From: an uncultured delta proteobacterium
GTDB lineage: Bacteria > Desulfobacterota > Binatia > HRBIN30 > BPIQ01
Direction: 5' to 3'
Assembly: GCA_963761335.1 (NCBI GenBank)
Contig: CAVXGR010000011.1
Location: forward strand, 559,527-623,526
Length of the DNA stretch: 64,000 bases
Shown: piece after piece, positions 32,622 to 42,995 of the stretch
Layout of the letters: the number at the start of each line of letters is the position of its first letter
Numbering within the stretch: position 1 is the stretch's first letter
Notes under the pieces: generated by a model
Database searches by the model: none
Seen by the model: only the letters and a program-made list of their open reading frames with translations
Told to the model about the DNA's origin: nothing
Made by a program: the position numbers and the translations under genes

Positions 32622-32964
32622 TGCATGCTTTCGCCACTTTGCGCGCCTTGAGGCTCACGCGCAGGCACCGGCGCACGGCGTTGGCGTCGAGATCGAGTGT
32701 GCCACAAATGCGCTCGAACGAGTACGGCCAGTCTGTCTCCTCGGCCAGGAACCAGCGCTTCGCCTCCCGGAAGGCCTGTCGGTGATGAGCGTCCTTGGCG
32801 AAGCGATGCTTTTGTACACAATCAAGCGCGTCCTGAAGGACGGCAATCATGAGCCGCTGCTCGGGTGCCTGCCTATACTGCGGTCCGAAGTGTTGGGACG
32901 GCAGCACGATGTCGGGCTGCATCACACCAATGAGCCGCCCCGCCAGTCGCTTATTCGCCTCCAT
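32617..32964 (-). CDS. Small conserved helical hypothetical protein (PEQRLM-AVL-DA...WPYSFE-IC family)
   Basis: Paralogs at 48130 and 56886 conserve the same motifs. Confidence 0.8.
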   Translation of the reverse strand: MEANKRLAGRLIGVMQPDIVLPSQHFGPQYRQAPEQRLMIAVLQDALDCVQKHRFAKDAHHRQAFREAKRWFLAEETDWPYSFERICGTLDLDANAVRRCLRVSLKARKVAKACT

Positions 32965-33010
32965 TCCCGGGTCTTTTAGTCGACTGACGACGGCGCCGTA
33001 AAGCTCGCAC

Positions 33011-33031
33011 TACTACGCGCGTAGCTCTACG
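33011..33031 (-). promoter_or_regulatory. Repeated regulatory box, copy 3
   Basis: aagctcgcac-tactacgcgcgtagctctacg, 47 bp upstream of ATG 32964. Confidence 0.78.
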
Positions 33032-33071
33032 TGGGCAATTGCAATGCGTTCAGTAGCGGCCCCAGGAGGGG

Positions 33072-33695
33072 CTACGGGGGCGAATCGGCGTCCCGCACGC
33101 CCAGCACGGTGCGGAGCAGCTGGGTCGCCGAGGAGACGTTCATCTTGAATAGCACCATGCGGCGGTGCCCTTCGACGGTGCGGGTGCTGACGTTCATCGC
33201 CGCCGCGATCTGCTTGGATGTCTTGCCGGCGAGCAGATGCTCCATGACTTCGCCCTCGCGAGGCGTCAGGCGGGCAAGCCTCTCCATCACCACGGCGCGC
33301 TCGCTGCTCGCCGCGCGTGCCTGGCGATCGCTGTCGAGTGCGGCGCGGACGCGCTCCAACAACAGCTTGGGCGGTGCCGGCTTCTGCAGGAAATCCACTG
33401 CTCCAGCCTTCAGCGCTCGCACCGAGGTCGGGACATTGCCGTGGCCGGTCAGCACAATGATGGGGAGCATCGCCTTGCGTCGCCGGAGATCGTCCTGCAG
33501 GTCCAGCCCGCTGCCGTGTCGCAGGCGCATGTCCAGCACCAGGCATCCGGGGCGCTCCGGGTCGTAGGCGGCGAGAAACTCGTCGCTTGAGCCGTACGTC
33601 TCTACGGCGAGTCCGGCCGACTCCAGCAGGGCGCGCAACGACTCGCGTACGCCGGCGTTGTCGTCGACCACGAAGACCGTCGCTTCGCTTGTCAT
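33072..33695 (-). CDS. FixJ/NarL-family response regulator (REC + LuxR HTH)
   Basis: VFVVDDN, CLVLDMRL, LTGHG, LTPREGEV, KQIAAAMNVSTRTVEGHR; overlaps the upstream kinase stop. Confidence 0.93.
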   Translation of the reverse strand: MTSEATVFVVDDNAGVRESLRALLESAGLAVETYGSSDEFLAAYDPERPGCLVLDMRLRHGSGLDLQDDLRRRKAMLPIIVLTGHGNVPTSVRALKAGAVDFLQKPAPPKLLLERVRAALDSDRQARAASSERAVVMERLARLTPREGEVMEHLLAGKTSKQIAAAMNVSTRTVEGHRRMVLFKMNVSSATQLLRTVLGVRDADSPP

Positions 33696-36600
33696 GTGGC
33701 TCTCCGCTTCCGCGCCGGTCGCAGCGGCAGCGTGAAGGCCACCGTCGTCCCGGGACCGCCATCCGTATGGGACTTCATCCAGATCCGGCCTCGATGGGCC
33801 TCGATGATGGAGCGGCTGATCGCCAGACCCATTCCCAGACCGTTTGGCTTGCTGGTGAAGAACGGCTCGAACATGTGCTCCATGGCCGCGGCAGAAACGC
33901 CGGAGCCGGTGTCGCGCACCTTCACTTCAGCAATGCCTTTCGCGGCGCGCACCCGCAGCTCGATCTCACGTCGATCACCGGCGGCGCCACGAAGTGCGTC
34001 GATGGCGTTCTGCATCAGATTCACCATGACCTGCTCGATCTGGATGCTGTCGGCGTATATCGGCAGCGGCTGCCGAGGCAAGTCGAGCCGCAGGGTGATC
34101 TGCTCCTGCTGGATCTCCCGCGTCAGCAAACGCGAAACGTTGCGGGCAATCTCACACAGATCCGCCCGCTCGAAATGCGGCTTTCCCTTCTCGATGAAGC
34201 GGCGCAGATGCTCGGCGATGCTCCCGGCTCGCAAGGCCTCCGCCGAGGCGTCGTCCAACAGGGCCAGGAGCTTCTTGGACGCGGTCTTGCCCGAGCGTAC
34301 GTACCGCGCACACGCTTCCACGCCGTTGACGATCGCCGACAGCGGCTGGTTGAGCTCGTGCGCCAGACCACTGGCCAGCTCGCCGACGGTGCTGATGCGC
34401 AGCGCGTGCGCCAGCTCGGCTTGCCGCTGCCGCATCTGGTCCTCGACTTGCTTGCGGGTCTCGATCTCCCGCAGGGCCTCTTCCGCCCGCCTGCGTTCGG
34501 TGACGTCCTCAACGGCGAGGAGCATGAGAGGCGGGCGATCGCCGCCGCGATCGATGGGCCGTGCATTGACCCGCATCGTCCGCCGGCCGCTCGGCTCAAA
34601 GTTCGCTTCCAACTCGAAGTCATCCAGCCCGCGGTTGTGCCGCAGGACATCCTTGAGCAAGGTCCGCAGCTTCGGGATGTCCCATTGGCGGTCGCCGAGC
34701 TCGTACAGAAACTGTCCGACCGTGTTCTCTTCGGAGACATGGAAGGCGGCGTAGAAGGACTGATTCGCCGAGCATACCCGAAGGTCTCTGTCGAGGACCA
34801 GTAGCGGTTCGCGCACTGCGTCGACGATCGACTCGGCATACAGCCGCGCCTCCTGGAGCGCCTCGGCGGCCACGTCGGAGAAGGTCATCACCACACCTTC
34901 GGTACGGCTGTCCCGCGTGCGGTAGGGCAGGACCTGGCGGACGTACCAGCGGCCGTCGTGGGCTTGCACCTCCGTCTTCGGCGCCATGGGCTGCCGGAGA
35001 ACCGCGACGGCGTCGCGCAGGAGATCCGGATCGGCAAACTTCGGCACGATGTCGCCGATCGGGCGACCGATGTCCGACGGGATCAGGCTGAAAAGGCGCG
35101 TGGCAGCCGGGGTGAATCGCCGGATGCGCAGCTGCGTGTCCAGAAACAGCGTGGCAATGTTGGTACTGGTCAGCAAGTTGTCGAGGTCGTTGTTCGTCGT
35201 CTCCAGCTCGCCGATCTTGTTCTCCAGTTGCGTATTCGCCGTGATCAGCTCCTCGTTCAACGATTGCAGCTCCTCCTTGGAGGTTTCCAGCTCCTCGTTG
35301 CTCGACTGGAATTCCTCATTGACCGACATCAGCTCTTCATTCGCCGCCCGCAGGTCCTCGATGGTCTGCTGCAAATCGTCCTTGGTGCTCTTCAACTCGT
35401 ACTCGAGCTGTTGCACGAGAGACGCGTCAACGGTGCTGCTGGGATCGGCGGGTGGTGCCGCAGTTACGTCCTCTGGCTCGTCCTCGAGCGACACCAGCCA
35501 TACGCCGTCGCTTCCGGCGGCGGTGAGTGGCTCGACCACTATCTTGACCCGTGGGAAGGCGGCGCCGCGGCGCATCTGGATGCCGGAGACGACAACTCTC
35601 CGGCTGCCGCGCATGGCGTCTTGAAGGGCACCGCGGAGCTTGGTTCGCAGCCCGTTGCGCGCCTGCGCCAGCAGATCCTGCGTCGGCACTCCGACGGGTT
35701 GCACGAGGTAGTCGTCGGTGCGGCCGTGGAAATAGAGAATCTCGCCGGCGCGGTTGACGATGACCGACGCCGGCGCGTAACGCTCCAAAAGCAGGCTCTG
35801 GGCCATGGCGGCCAATCGGGTTGGATTCCACGTTTCCACCGCCCGCACGGACACGCTGGTCGACACCGGCGCAACGCGCGCGGGAAAATAGAGCCGGCTG
35901 TGGCGCGTCGCTCCGATGCGGCGATAGATGCGCCATTTCGCCGACACCGTCTCGAACAAGTCCTCCTGGATGCCGACACTCTCCGCCCTGCCCAAGAACA
36001 GGTAGCCGCCTTCGCTGAGGGCGAAGTGCAGCAGCAAGATGAGCTGCTTCTGAACCGACGGCTCGAGATAGATGAAGAGATTGCGGCAGCTGATCACGTC
36101 GATCCGGGAGAACGGCGGGTCGCTGACCAGACTCTGTTGCGCGAACACGACAGCGTCACGCAGCTCCTTTCTCACCTGGTAGCTGTGCTCGTCTTTGATG
36201 AAGAACCGCGACAGACGTTCAGGGGACACGTGGGCGGCGATCCCCTCGGGGTAGATGCCAGCGCGCGCCGTCGCCAGTGCCTCGGTATCGACGTCCGACG
36301 CAAATACCTGCAGGTGACAGTCCTTCCCCGCGGCCTTGAGCTCTTCCACTGCCACTATCGCAATCGAGTACGCCTCTTCGCCGGTTGCGCAGGCGGGTAT
36401 CCACACACGCAAGGGGGCGCCTGCGTCCTTTGCGGCGATCAATCGTCGAACGACTCGCTCTTGCAGGATCTTCCATGCCTCCGGCTCGCGGAAGAAGCTG
36501 GTCACGTTGATCAGCAGATCCTTGAACAGCGCGCTCGCCTCCGCCGGGTCGTTGCGCAGCACCTCCACGTAGCTGGGCAGCTCGTGGAGATGTCTCAAGC

Positions 36601-37408
36601 TCATGCGACGCTGAATGCGCCGCCGCAGAGTTCCCTTCTTGTAGCCGCTGAAATCGAATTTGGTGCAGTCGCGCAGCGTTTCCAGCACGGCCGCCAGCCC
36701 GTCGGGCGCCTTCTCGGGCAGCACCGCCATGGTGGTCGCCGCCACCTCCGCGTGCTGCACGTACGCCAGCATGGCGCCCGCCATCTGTTCGGCTGGCAGG
36801 ACATAGTCGGCGCAGCCGCTGGCGATGGCGCTGCGGGGCATGCCGTCGTGCTGGGCGCTTTGCGGATCCTGCGCCATCGTCATGCCGCCGGCCCCCTTGA
36901 TCTCCTTCAGGCCCAGGCTTCCGTCAGCGCCGGAGCCCGAGAGGATGACGCCGATCGCGTTCTCGCCTTGGTCTTCTGCCAGCGAACGCAGAAAGAAGTC
37001 GATCGCCATCCGCAGGCTGCGCGGTGCCGTCGGCGGGCGGAGGTGCAGGGTGCGATCGTGTATGCTCAAGTAGGCGTTTGGTGGAATCACGTAAACGCGG
37101 TTCGCCTCGACCCGCATCCCGTCTCCGGCCTGCACCACGTGCATCGGCGTATAGGTGCCGACCAGATCGGCAGTGAGGCTCTCGCGTGTCGGGTCGAGGT
37201 GCTGGATCAGGACGAAACCCATGCCGCTCTCGGCGGGCACGCCACTGAAGAATTTCTTGAATGCATCGAGCCCCCCGGCCGATGCCCCGATACCGACGAT
37301 CGGGAATACGGTCAGGCCGTGCCTTCCGCCGATGGCGCCTTGGGGCCGGGCTCGGGTGGAGCGCTTCCGTGCCGCTGATCTCACCGATCGCAATTCGCCG
37401 TGACTCAT
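33692..37408 (-). CDS. CheB methylesterase/CheR methyltransferase fusion with PAS domains and FixL-like histidine kinase
   Basis: GIGASAGG, IQHLDP, GSGADG (CheB); CATGEEAYS, SCRNLFIY (CheR); NEELETSKEELQSLNEEL coiled coil; GLAHELNQPL H-box. Confidence 0.93.
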   Translation of the reverse strand: MSHGELRSVRSAARKRSTRARPQGAIGGRHGLTVFPIVGIGASAGGLDAFKKFFSGVPAESGMGFVLIQHLDPTRESLTADLVGTYTPMHVVQAGDGMRVEANRVYVIPPNAYLSIHDRTLHLRPPTAPRSLRMAIDFFLRSLAEDQGENAIGVILSGSGADGSLGLKEIKGAGGMTMAQDPQSAQHDGMPRSAIASGCADYVLPAEQMAGAMLAYVQHAEVAATTMAVLPEKAPDGLAAVLETLRDCTKFDFSGYKKGTLRRRIQRRMSLRHLHELPSYVEVLRNDPAEASALFKDLLINVTSFFREPEAWKILQERVVRRLIAAKDAGAPLRVWIPACATGEEAYSIAIVAVEELKAAGKDCHLQVFASDVDTEALATARAGIYPEGIAAHVSPERLSRFFIKDEHSYQVRKELRDAVVFAQQSLVSDPPFSRIDVISCRNLFIYLEPSVQKQLILLLHFALSEGGYLFLGRAESVGIQEDLFETVSAKWRIYRRIGATRHSRLYFPARVAPVSTSVSVRAVETWNPTRLAAMAQSLLLERYAPASVIVNRAGEILYFHGRTDDYLVQPVGVPTQDLLAQARNGLRTKLRGALQDAMRGSRRVVVSGIQMRRGAAFPRVKIVVEPLTAAGSDGVWLVSLEDEPEDVTAAPPADPSSTVDASLVQQLEYELKSTKDDLQQTIEDLRAANEELMSVNEEFQSSNEELETSKEELQSLNEELITANTQLENKIGELETTNNDLDNLLTSTNIATLFLDTQLRIRRFTPAATRLFSLIPSDIGRPIGDIVPKFADPDLLRDAVAVLRQPMAPKTEVQAHDGRWYVRQVLPYRTRDSRTEGVVMTFSDVAAEALQEARLYAESIVDAVREPLLVLDRDLRVCSANQSFYAAFHVSEENTVGQFLYELGDRQWDIPKLRTLLKDVLRHNRGLDDFELEANFEPSGRRTMRVNARPIDRGGDRPPLMLLAVEDVTERRRAEEALREIETRKQVEDQMRQRQAELAHALRISTVGELASGLAHELNQPLSAIVNGVEACARYVRSGKTASKKLLALLDDASAEALRAGSIAEHLRRFIEKGKPHFERADLCEIARNVSRLLTREIQQEQITLRLDLPRQPLPIYADSIQIEQVMVNLMQNAIDALRGAAGDRREIELRVRAAKGIAEVKVRDTGSGVSAAAMEHMFEPFFTSKPNGLGMGLAISRSIIEAHRGRIWMKSHTDGGPGTTVAFTLPLRPARKRRAT

Positions 37409-37629
37409 TTCACGGGCCCCCCCCTGACTGGTCACTTAACTAGTTGGCACAAGCGGTCCGGTCAAGATGAAAGGGCCGAAATAGGGGGCACCCTCTGATC
37501 TGACTCGGGCATGAGTCATGGCACTCAATGTGCTGCTACTTTCGGGCGGGCGCACGCTCCGTCGCGGCCGCGCTTCGCGATGCCCGTCCGCGGGGCCTTC
37601 CGCAGACGCCGCCCGTATTGTGGCGCCTG

Positions 37630-39051
37630 TCAGGGCTCGGGGGCAGGCGTGACGAGGCAGTCCTGGCGCACGTGGGCGGCAACGAAGGTCTTGAGCTCGT
37701 CGTAGGGGCAATCGAGGACGCCGCCGCAGGCGGGGATCGTCAGGGGGATTCGCTGGGGCGGCGTCTGCAGCGTGAGAACCGCGCCGTTGCGCATCTGCTC
37801 CAGAGCGGCGATCACGTAGAAGAGTCTCACGATGGGCTGCCCGCTTTGCTTGATCCTGTGGAGCTCGAAGACGAGCGCGCCGGCTGGACCCGGGTCGTTC
37901 TGCTGGAACCCCTCGGCCTTCCAGGTCACGCCCCCCAGAAAAGCGGCGATGGCGGCGAGGTTATCGTCGTGAGCCACAAACAGCGTGAGCTTGCTCGCCT
38001 TGGGCGCCAGCATGTCCGCCTTCTTCACGCCGGTCAGCGTTTGCTCCATCGTCCCCACGAGCTGCCACATCAGGTTCGTCGAGGCGACCTGCGCGAAGGA
38101 GGGGAGGCGGTTGACCAGGTCGATGTTCAGCACATGAAGCTCGGTCAAATCGCTCAAGCCTCCCGGCGGGATCGCCCCCCAGCCCACGCACGGCGCCCCC
38201 TGCGTCGTCGCGCAGCTTGTGTCGGGCATCCCCTGGGCATATTGGAGCTCGAAGTCCTCGGTTACCGAGTCGGCGACGTCGAACAGGCTACCGGCCTCGT
38301 ACGCCACCGCCCCCGTTGGATCGACGCTGATCGCGGTAGGAAGTTCCAGCAGCGAACAGGAGGTGGGCGGCGATGAGGAGTTGCAGGCCGCCGGCTGGCA
38401 GCACTGAGTGACCGTCTGCAGCGTGTGAAGCTGGGCGGCGTATTTCGTTACCAACGCGGAGGTGTTGCCTCCGATCGCGGTATTGAAGGCGGCCTGGTCC
38501 ACCGCCGTGACGATCTTGCACCGTGGGGCAGTAGATTTCTCGGCGAAGTAGAACGCCGTGGCGATGTAAGGGTCCACTGGCTCGCACGCCGGAGCATGAG
38601 CCACCTGGATCCCGCAGTCGGGCGTTGCCTCCGACTGGAACATGCCGTCCAGGTAACCCTGCGCCGTCTGCATCGTCCGCTCAAAGACATCCGCATAGAC
38701 GAACACCGTTCCGGGCGGGGGACAGGACCCGCTCGTAGGCAGGAGCCCCTGGGCGGCGTAGAAATCGCGATACCATGCTCCCAGCCGAGCCGCATTCTGC
38801 TGGCCCACGGTGGAGAGATTGCCGGGGGTCGCCGCGGGGGCCGGCCACTGCGGAAAACCCTGTGGGCGCAGGGTATCCAGGTTGGCGCTGTCGAGAGGAG
38901 AGGTCTGAGAACGAATCCCGTGCCGGCTGATCGCGACCACGGAGAGCAGCTCGCTGTCGTCGCTGTTCCCTTCATCTTCCCCGCACGCACAGAAGATAAG
39001 GCCGCCGAGGAGGCAGGCAAGCACGAGCCCGACAACCGAGGATCTTCGCAT
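37630..39051 (-). CDS. Exported histidine acid phosphatase (AppA/Agp phytase-like)
   Basis: SRHGIRS and AHDDN motifs; lipoprotein-like signal LIFCAC; RBS ggagg before ATG 39051. Confidence 0.88.
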   Translation of the reverse strand: MRRSSVVGLVLACLLGGLIFCACGEDEGNSDDSELLSVVAISRHGIRSQTSPLDSANLDTLRPQGFPQWPAPAATPGNLSTVGQQNAARLGAWYRDFYAAQGLLPTSGSCPPPGTVFVYADVFERTMQTAQGYLDGMFQSEATPDCGIQVAHAPACEPVDPYIATAFYFAEKSTAPRCKIVTAVDQAAFNTAIGGNTSALVTKYAAQLHTLQTVTQCCQPAACNSSSPPTSCSLLELPTAISVDPTGAVAYEAGSLFDVADSVTEDFELQYAQGMPDTSCATTQGAPCVGWGAIPPGGLSDLTELHVLNIDLVNRLPSFAQVASTNLMWQLVGTMEQTLTGVKKADMLAPKASKLTLFVAHDDNLAAIAAFLGGVTWKAEGFQQNDPGPAGALVFELHRIKQSGQPIVRLFYVIAALEQMRNGAVLTLQTPPQRIPLTIPACGGVLDCPYDELKTFVAAHVRQDCLVTPAPEP

Positions 39052-39075
39052 GACATGCCCTCCGTTCATTCTCAT

Positions 39076-42000
39076 CTATTCGTTCGACAGCGCGGCGGGA
39101 TACGGCTTGTTGCCCATCGTCCCTTTCCAGAGAATGCGGTTGTAGCGGGTGAAATCGACGCGGTCCTCGGCCGTGAAGTCCATTCCCTTCGTGACCCGCG
39201 CCCAGTACTTGGCGTCGTGCGTCGGCTTTGGCACCTGCAGGCTTGCCACTTTGGGGGGCAGCGGCAGTCGCGTGTTGTAGAGAAGCGCCGAGGGCGTGGC
39301 GGTAAAGCCCCATGTGCTCGGCGTCGTGTCGAAGATGTCGGCCATGGGTCGCGCCAGGGCGTCGTTCAGATTCAACGGCGGCAGGCCTAGAACCTCTTCG
39401 ATCGTGCGCACGAAGTTGATGGTGTTGTACGGCGTGGAGATCACCGCGTGTTGCTTGACGTAGGCGCCCGCCACGAAGGCGATTGTACGGTGCGAATCGA
39501 CGTGGTCGGCGCCATCCTGCGCGTCGTCTTCCACGATGAAGATCAAGGTGTTTTGCGCGTACCTGCTGTCGGCGATCTTCTCAACCAGCAAGCCGACGGC
39601 ATAGTCGTCATCGGCTTGCATCAGCTCGGGAGTATCCACGAGATCAATCGCGACATCGAAGTTTCCGGTGTGATCGTGCATGAAGCGAACCAGGCTCAAC
39701 GAAGGCAGACCGCCATTGGCGTAATTGGCATCGAAATCCCGCTCCCACTCCGTGTAGCGGTAATAATCCGGAAACGAGTTGTCGAAACCACGGAAGTACG
39801 GATCGGTGTACGGGGCGAGGGCAACATTCGTGGGGTAGGCCACGACGGTGTTGGTCGATGCCGGGTCGTGCGCCAGGGGAATCTGGCAGGTGGGCTCGTT
39901 GTAGCAGGTGACGTCCACGAAGAACCCATAGTTGCGAACCGTGAGATTCGCGCGCAGCGCGGCGTCCCATAGATAGCCGGTATTCACCTCGTTGTTCGGT
40001 CCATCCGGCGCACTGGCATCCGTCTGGCCCGGCAACAGATCCGGGTCATCCGGGGTAAGGGGATCGCCACGCTGGCGTTCGGCGACGGTCGGATAGGCAA
40101 CGTTGACGCTGCGATTCATTCCCTCGGAATCCAAGCTGAGGGCGCGAAACGCGTAGACCACCGGATATTGGCGTTCGACCACGTCTGGGGCGCGCGCCGA
40201 AGTGGTCCACGGCCAGCCGTCATAGCTGACTTCGGAAGTGGCCATGAAGTTGTCCAGCGTGACGAAGCTCAGCGCCAGCTGATGCTGATTCGGCGTGATC
40301 GGCTGCCCCCACTGGGTGAAAGCAGGCTCGCCGTTGCCGACGGGATGGCCCTCACCGTCTTTCAGGTCACCCAGAACCTGGTCGTACGTCCGGTTTTCCT
40401 TGATGATGAAGATCACGTGCTGGACGCCTTCACGCACGGCCTTCATGACCGTGAGGTCGTCGGGGCTCTCGGTGCTGCTGAAGCGGTTGTTCCTGGCCAC
40501 CCTAGCTGTCAGCGTCGCCAGTTGCTCCGGGGTGGTCGGGCGCGGGAAGCTCTGTAAGCCGGCTTTGGTCAACTGGGGATTGTACTCATTCGCCGCAAAG
40601 CAATCCGGCAGAAACTCCGGCGGCCCGTAGCCATAGCACCAGTCGGGATTCGGGCCCGTCGGCGACTTCATATTGACCACGTATACCCATGTACCATCGG
40701 CGCTGAAGCTGACGGAGGTCGGGTACCAGCCGGTCGGGATGAGACCGACTACATGGTCGCCGCTATCCGTACCGCCCAGCGCCACCACCGCGATGCTGTT
40801 CAGATTGCCATTGGCCACGTAGAGCTCCGTCTCATCCGGCGAGAGCGTCAGGCCGTTGGTGTTCGCGCCCGTATAAGGTGCCAGCGCGGGAGGCAACAGT
40901 GACGGCGGCGCGATGACCGAGATTGTCTCGACGACCGCGTTGGTCGCGGTGTCGATGACGTCAACCGTATCCGACTGGTCTTCGGCGACATACAGGCGCG
41001 TCTGGGCGTGGTTCAACGTCATCTTGTTGGGCTGGCCCTTCACCGGGATCCGGTCCGTTACCTGCAGCGGCGTCTGGCTCAGATCCACGACGTCGATCTC
41101 GCGGTCGCGAAGGCTCGATACGTACACGGTGTACGGTGTCGCGGCCGATCCGTTGCCCGCCACAGCCACCCAAAACGGATACTCGCCGCCCGGGATGCCG
41201 GGCAGCTCTGAAAGCAAAAGATTGCTTTTGCCAGGGCGCAGGTCGAGGTTTCCGGCTGCCTGGTTCGGGCCGGGCGTGGTAGGTGGCGAGGTCTCGAGAG
41301 TGTTCATCGGCGTCCAGTTGCCGTAGCCTCCGGTGAACAGCGATATCGAGTCGTTGTAATAGTTTGCCACCGCCAGCGTCTGGCCATCGGTCGAAATAGC
41401 CACGCCGGCAGCGCATGGATATACGAAGACCTGGGCGTTCACCGGCTCTGTGCCGCTGTTCACCACAGGAAGACCAACGCCTGTTTCATGGCCCAAAACG
41501 AGCGGCGCCGGATCCTCCGCCCACAGTCCGGTGGCGGTGTTCAGGGTGAAGATGCGCACGATGTCTTGGGCGCAGCCGGTCACGTAAAAGTGCGTGGCTG
41601 GCCGGCCGGGAACGGATGGATCCCGGTACGGATCGAAGACGATCCCGTTGTAGGTGGTTGGGATCTGCAGTACCTGCGTCTGTCTCGGCGTGTTCGTCGA
41701 AATGTCGTAGACGAACACGTACTCATTCGATTCCGACGGGTCAAAAGTTGTGAGCGAGTTGCTGGTGGCGTCGAAGACCCGATTGTACCCGCTGGTCAGA
41801 ATCAACAGGGTATTGCCGTCCGGGCTCACCACGCTGGTGACCGCATGCCCGGCCAGCCAGGGCTCACCGTTGACCGTCAGACCGGTATCCAGAGGTTCGA
41901 ACTGGGATCCCTCGGGCGCCAGCGGCGAAATCCACTGGCTCATATTGGGCAGAAACTGGAGGCCTGCCGCGCCGGCGTTCACCGTGATGGTCAGGACCGC

Positions 42001-42324
42001 CGTGGTGGCGCCGACGGCGTTGGAAGCCGTTACCGTATAGCTGACTACGGCGATCGCGGCGGTAGGGGTTCCAGTGATGATACCCGAGCTGGCGCTTAGA
42101 CTGAGACCCGCCGGAAGGGCCGGGCTGACGCTGTACGAGGTCACCGCTCCGCCGGTGCTGGCCGGGCTGTTGGGCAGGATCGGCACCCCCACGGCGTAGA
42201 CGGCTGTGCCGGTCGTGTAGTCGAGTGACGAGGGCGGCTGATTGGAGCCACCACCACCATCACACCCGCAGAGAAGAAGAAGGGCAACGGTCAGAGAAAG
42301 ACCAAGCCAGTGGGCGAATCGCAT
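39076..42324 (-). CDS. Lipoprotein: putative Ig domain + YVTN beta-propeller + phosphoesterase (phospholipase C/acid phosphatase-like) domain
   Basis: LLLLCGC lipobox; LPAGLSLSASSGIITGTP; IPTGWYP; IIKENRTYDQVLGD; EDDAQDGADHVDSHR. Confidence 0.88.
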   Translation of the reverse strand: MRFAHWLGLSLTVALLLLCGCDGGGGSNQPPSSLDYTTGTAVYAVGVPILPNSPASTGGAVTSYSVSPALPAGLSLSASSGIITGTPTAAIAVVSYTVTASNAVGATTAVLTITVNAGAAGLQFLPNMSQWISPLAPEGSQFEPLDTGLTVNGEPWLAGHAVTSVVSPDGNTLLILTSGYNRVFDATSNSLTTFDPSESNEYVFVYDISTNTPRQTQVLQIPTTYNGIVFDPYRDPSVPGRPATHFYVTGCAQDIVRIFTLNTATGLWAEDPAPLVLGHETGVGLPVVNSGTEPVNAQVFVYPCAAGVAISTDGQTLAVANYYNDSISLFTGGYGNWTPMNTLETSPPTTPGPNQAAGNLDLRPGKSNLLLSELPGIPGGEYPFWVAVAGNGSAATPYTVYVSSLRDREIDVVDLSQTPLQVTDRIPVKGQPNKMTLNHAQTRLYVAEDQSDTVDVIDTATNAVVETISVIAPPSLLPPALAPYTGANTNGLTLSPDETELYVANGNLNSIAVVALGGTDSGDHVVGLIPTGWYPTSVSFSADGTWVYVVNMKSPTGPNPDWCYGYGPPEFLPDCFAANEYNPQLTKAGLQSFPRPTTPEQLATLTARVARNNRFSSTESPDDLTVMKAVREGVQHVIFIIKENRTYDQVLGDLKDGEGHPVGNGEPAFTQWGQPITPNQHQLALSFVTLDNFMATSEVSYDGWPWTTSARAPDVVERQYPVVYAFRALSLDSEGMNRSVNVAYPTVAERQRGDPLTPDDPDLLPGQTDASAPDGPNNEVNTGYLWDAALRANLTVRNYGFFVDVTCYNEPTCQIPLAHDPASTNTVVAYPTNVALAPYTDPYFRGFDNSFPDYYRYTEWERDFDANYANGGLPSLSLVRFMHDHTGNFDVAIDLVDTPELMQADDDYAVGLLVEKIADSRYAQNTLIFIVEDDAQDGADHVDSHRTIAFVAGAYVKQHAVISTPYNTINFVRTIEEVLGLPPLNLNDALARPMADIFDTTPSTWGFTATPSALLYNTRLPLPPKVASLQVPKPTHDAKYWARVTKGMDFTAEDRVDFTRYNRILWKGTMGNKPYPAALSNE

Positions 42325-42568
42325 AAAACCTCCCGTTTTGTCGTCACCGGATCCCGACATGGCACGTGTGTTCGGCATTGGCCAGATAGGCGACGGTCGT
42401 TTCACTCGGCGGTCTGGTAGAATGACGCCTTGGAGGTCCATTGCCTCTCAACCGCCGTCGTTTCTGGGCTCATCGTGAAGTTCTCGACAGAGTGACGCGC
42501 CCCCTTCGGAAGCAAAGGCTGCACACAAATCATTAGTATTCCCCGTCGTCGGTGCCACAAGCTCGGAC

Positions 42569-42589
42569 TACTACGCACGTAGTTGTACG
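42569..42589 (-). promoter_or_regulatory. Repeated regulatory box, copy 4
   Basis: cacaagctcggac-tactacgcacgtagttgtacg; minus-strand ttgtgg-N16-tactaat, upstream of the phosphatase pair. Confidence 0.72.
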
Positions 42590-42657
42590 CGCGGCTGAAA
42601 ATGTCAGGTGGCGACGTTCACGCGTATTGTCTTGCCGGCACCGCTGTATGCCGGGGA

Positions 42658-42670
42658 TACTACGCGCGTA
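42658..42670 (-). promoter_or_regulatory. Repeated regulatory box, copy 5 (partial)
   Basis: gga-tactacgcgcgta, 89 bp from copy 4. Confidence 0.6.
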
Positions 42671-42995
42671 CCTTTGCGTGATTGTCAGCCGAATCCATTG
42701 GTGGTATTTTTCCTGTCGAGGATTTGGAACGGAGGCCGATGACGTCCGCTGCATGCACAGACGCACGTGCGGGAGAGCGAACGCAAGGTGTGGCGTTTGT
42801 CGCTTTCACCCGAAACGACACAGCCGCACTGAACGAGTTGCCGCCGTTTGCAGAGCGCCGCGTTGTCGCGATTGGCGGTACGCTTTACGACGACCTGCGG
42901 AGACTCCACCGCGCGGCCCTCACTGCACCGGGTGCACAGAGAGCGACCCCGGGGGAGAGGGCAGCACGCTGGGCTTGTCTGGAATCTACACAGCG

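Larger units (their letters stand above)
25208..32747. repeat. Tandem segmental duplication, copy 2 (7540 bp)
   Basis: Colinear with 17672-25207, with scattered substitutions and small indels. Confidence 0.95.
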
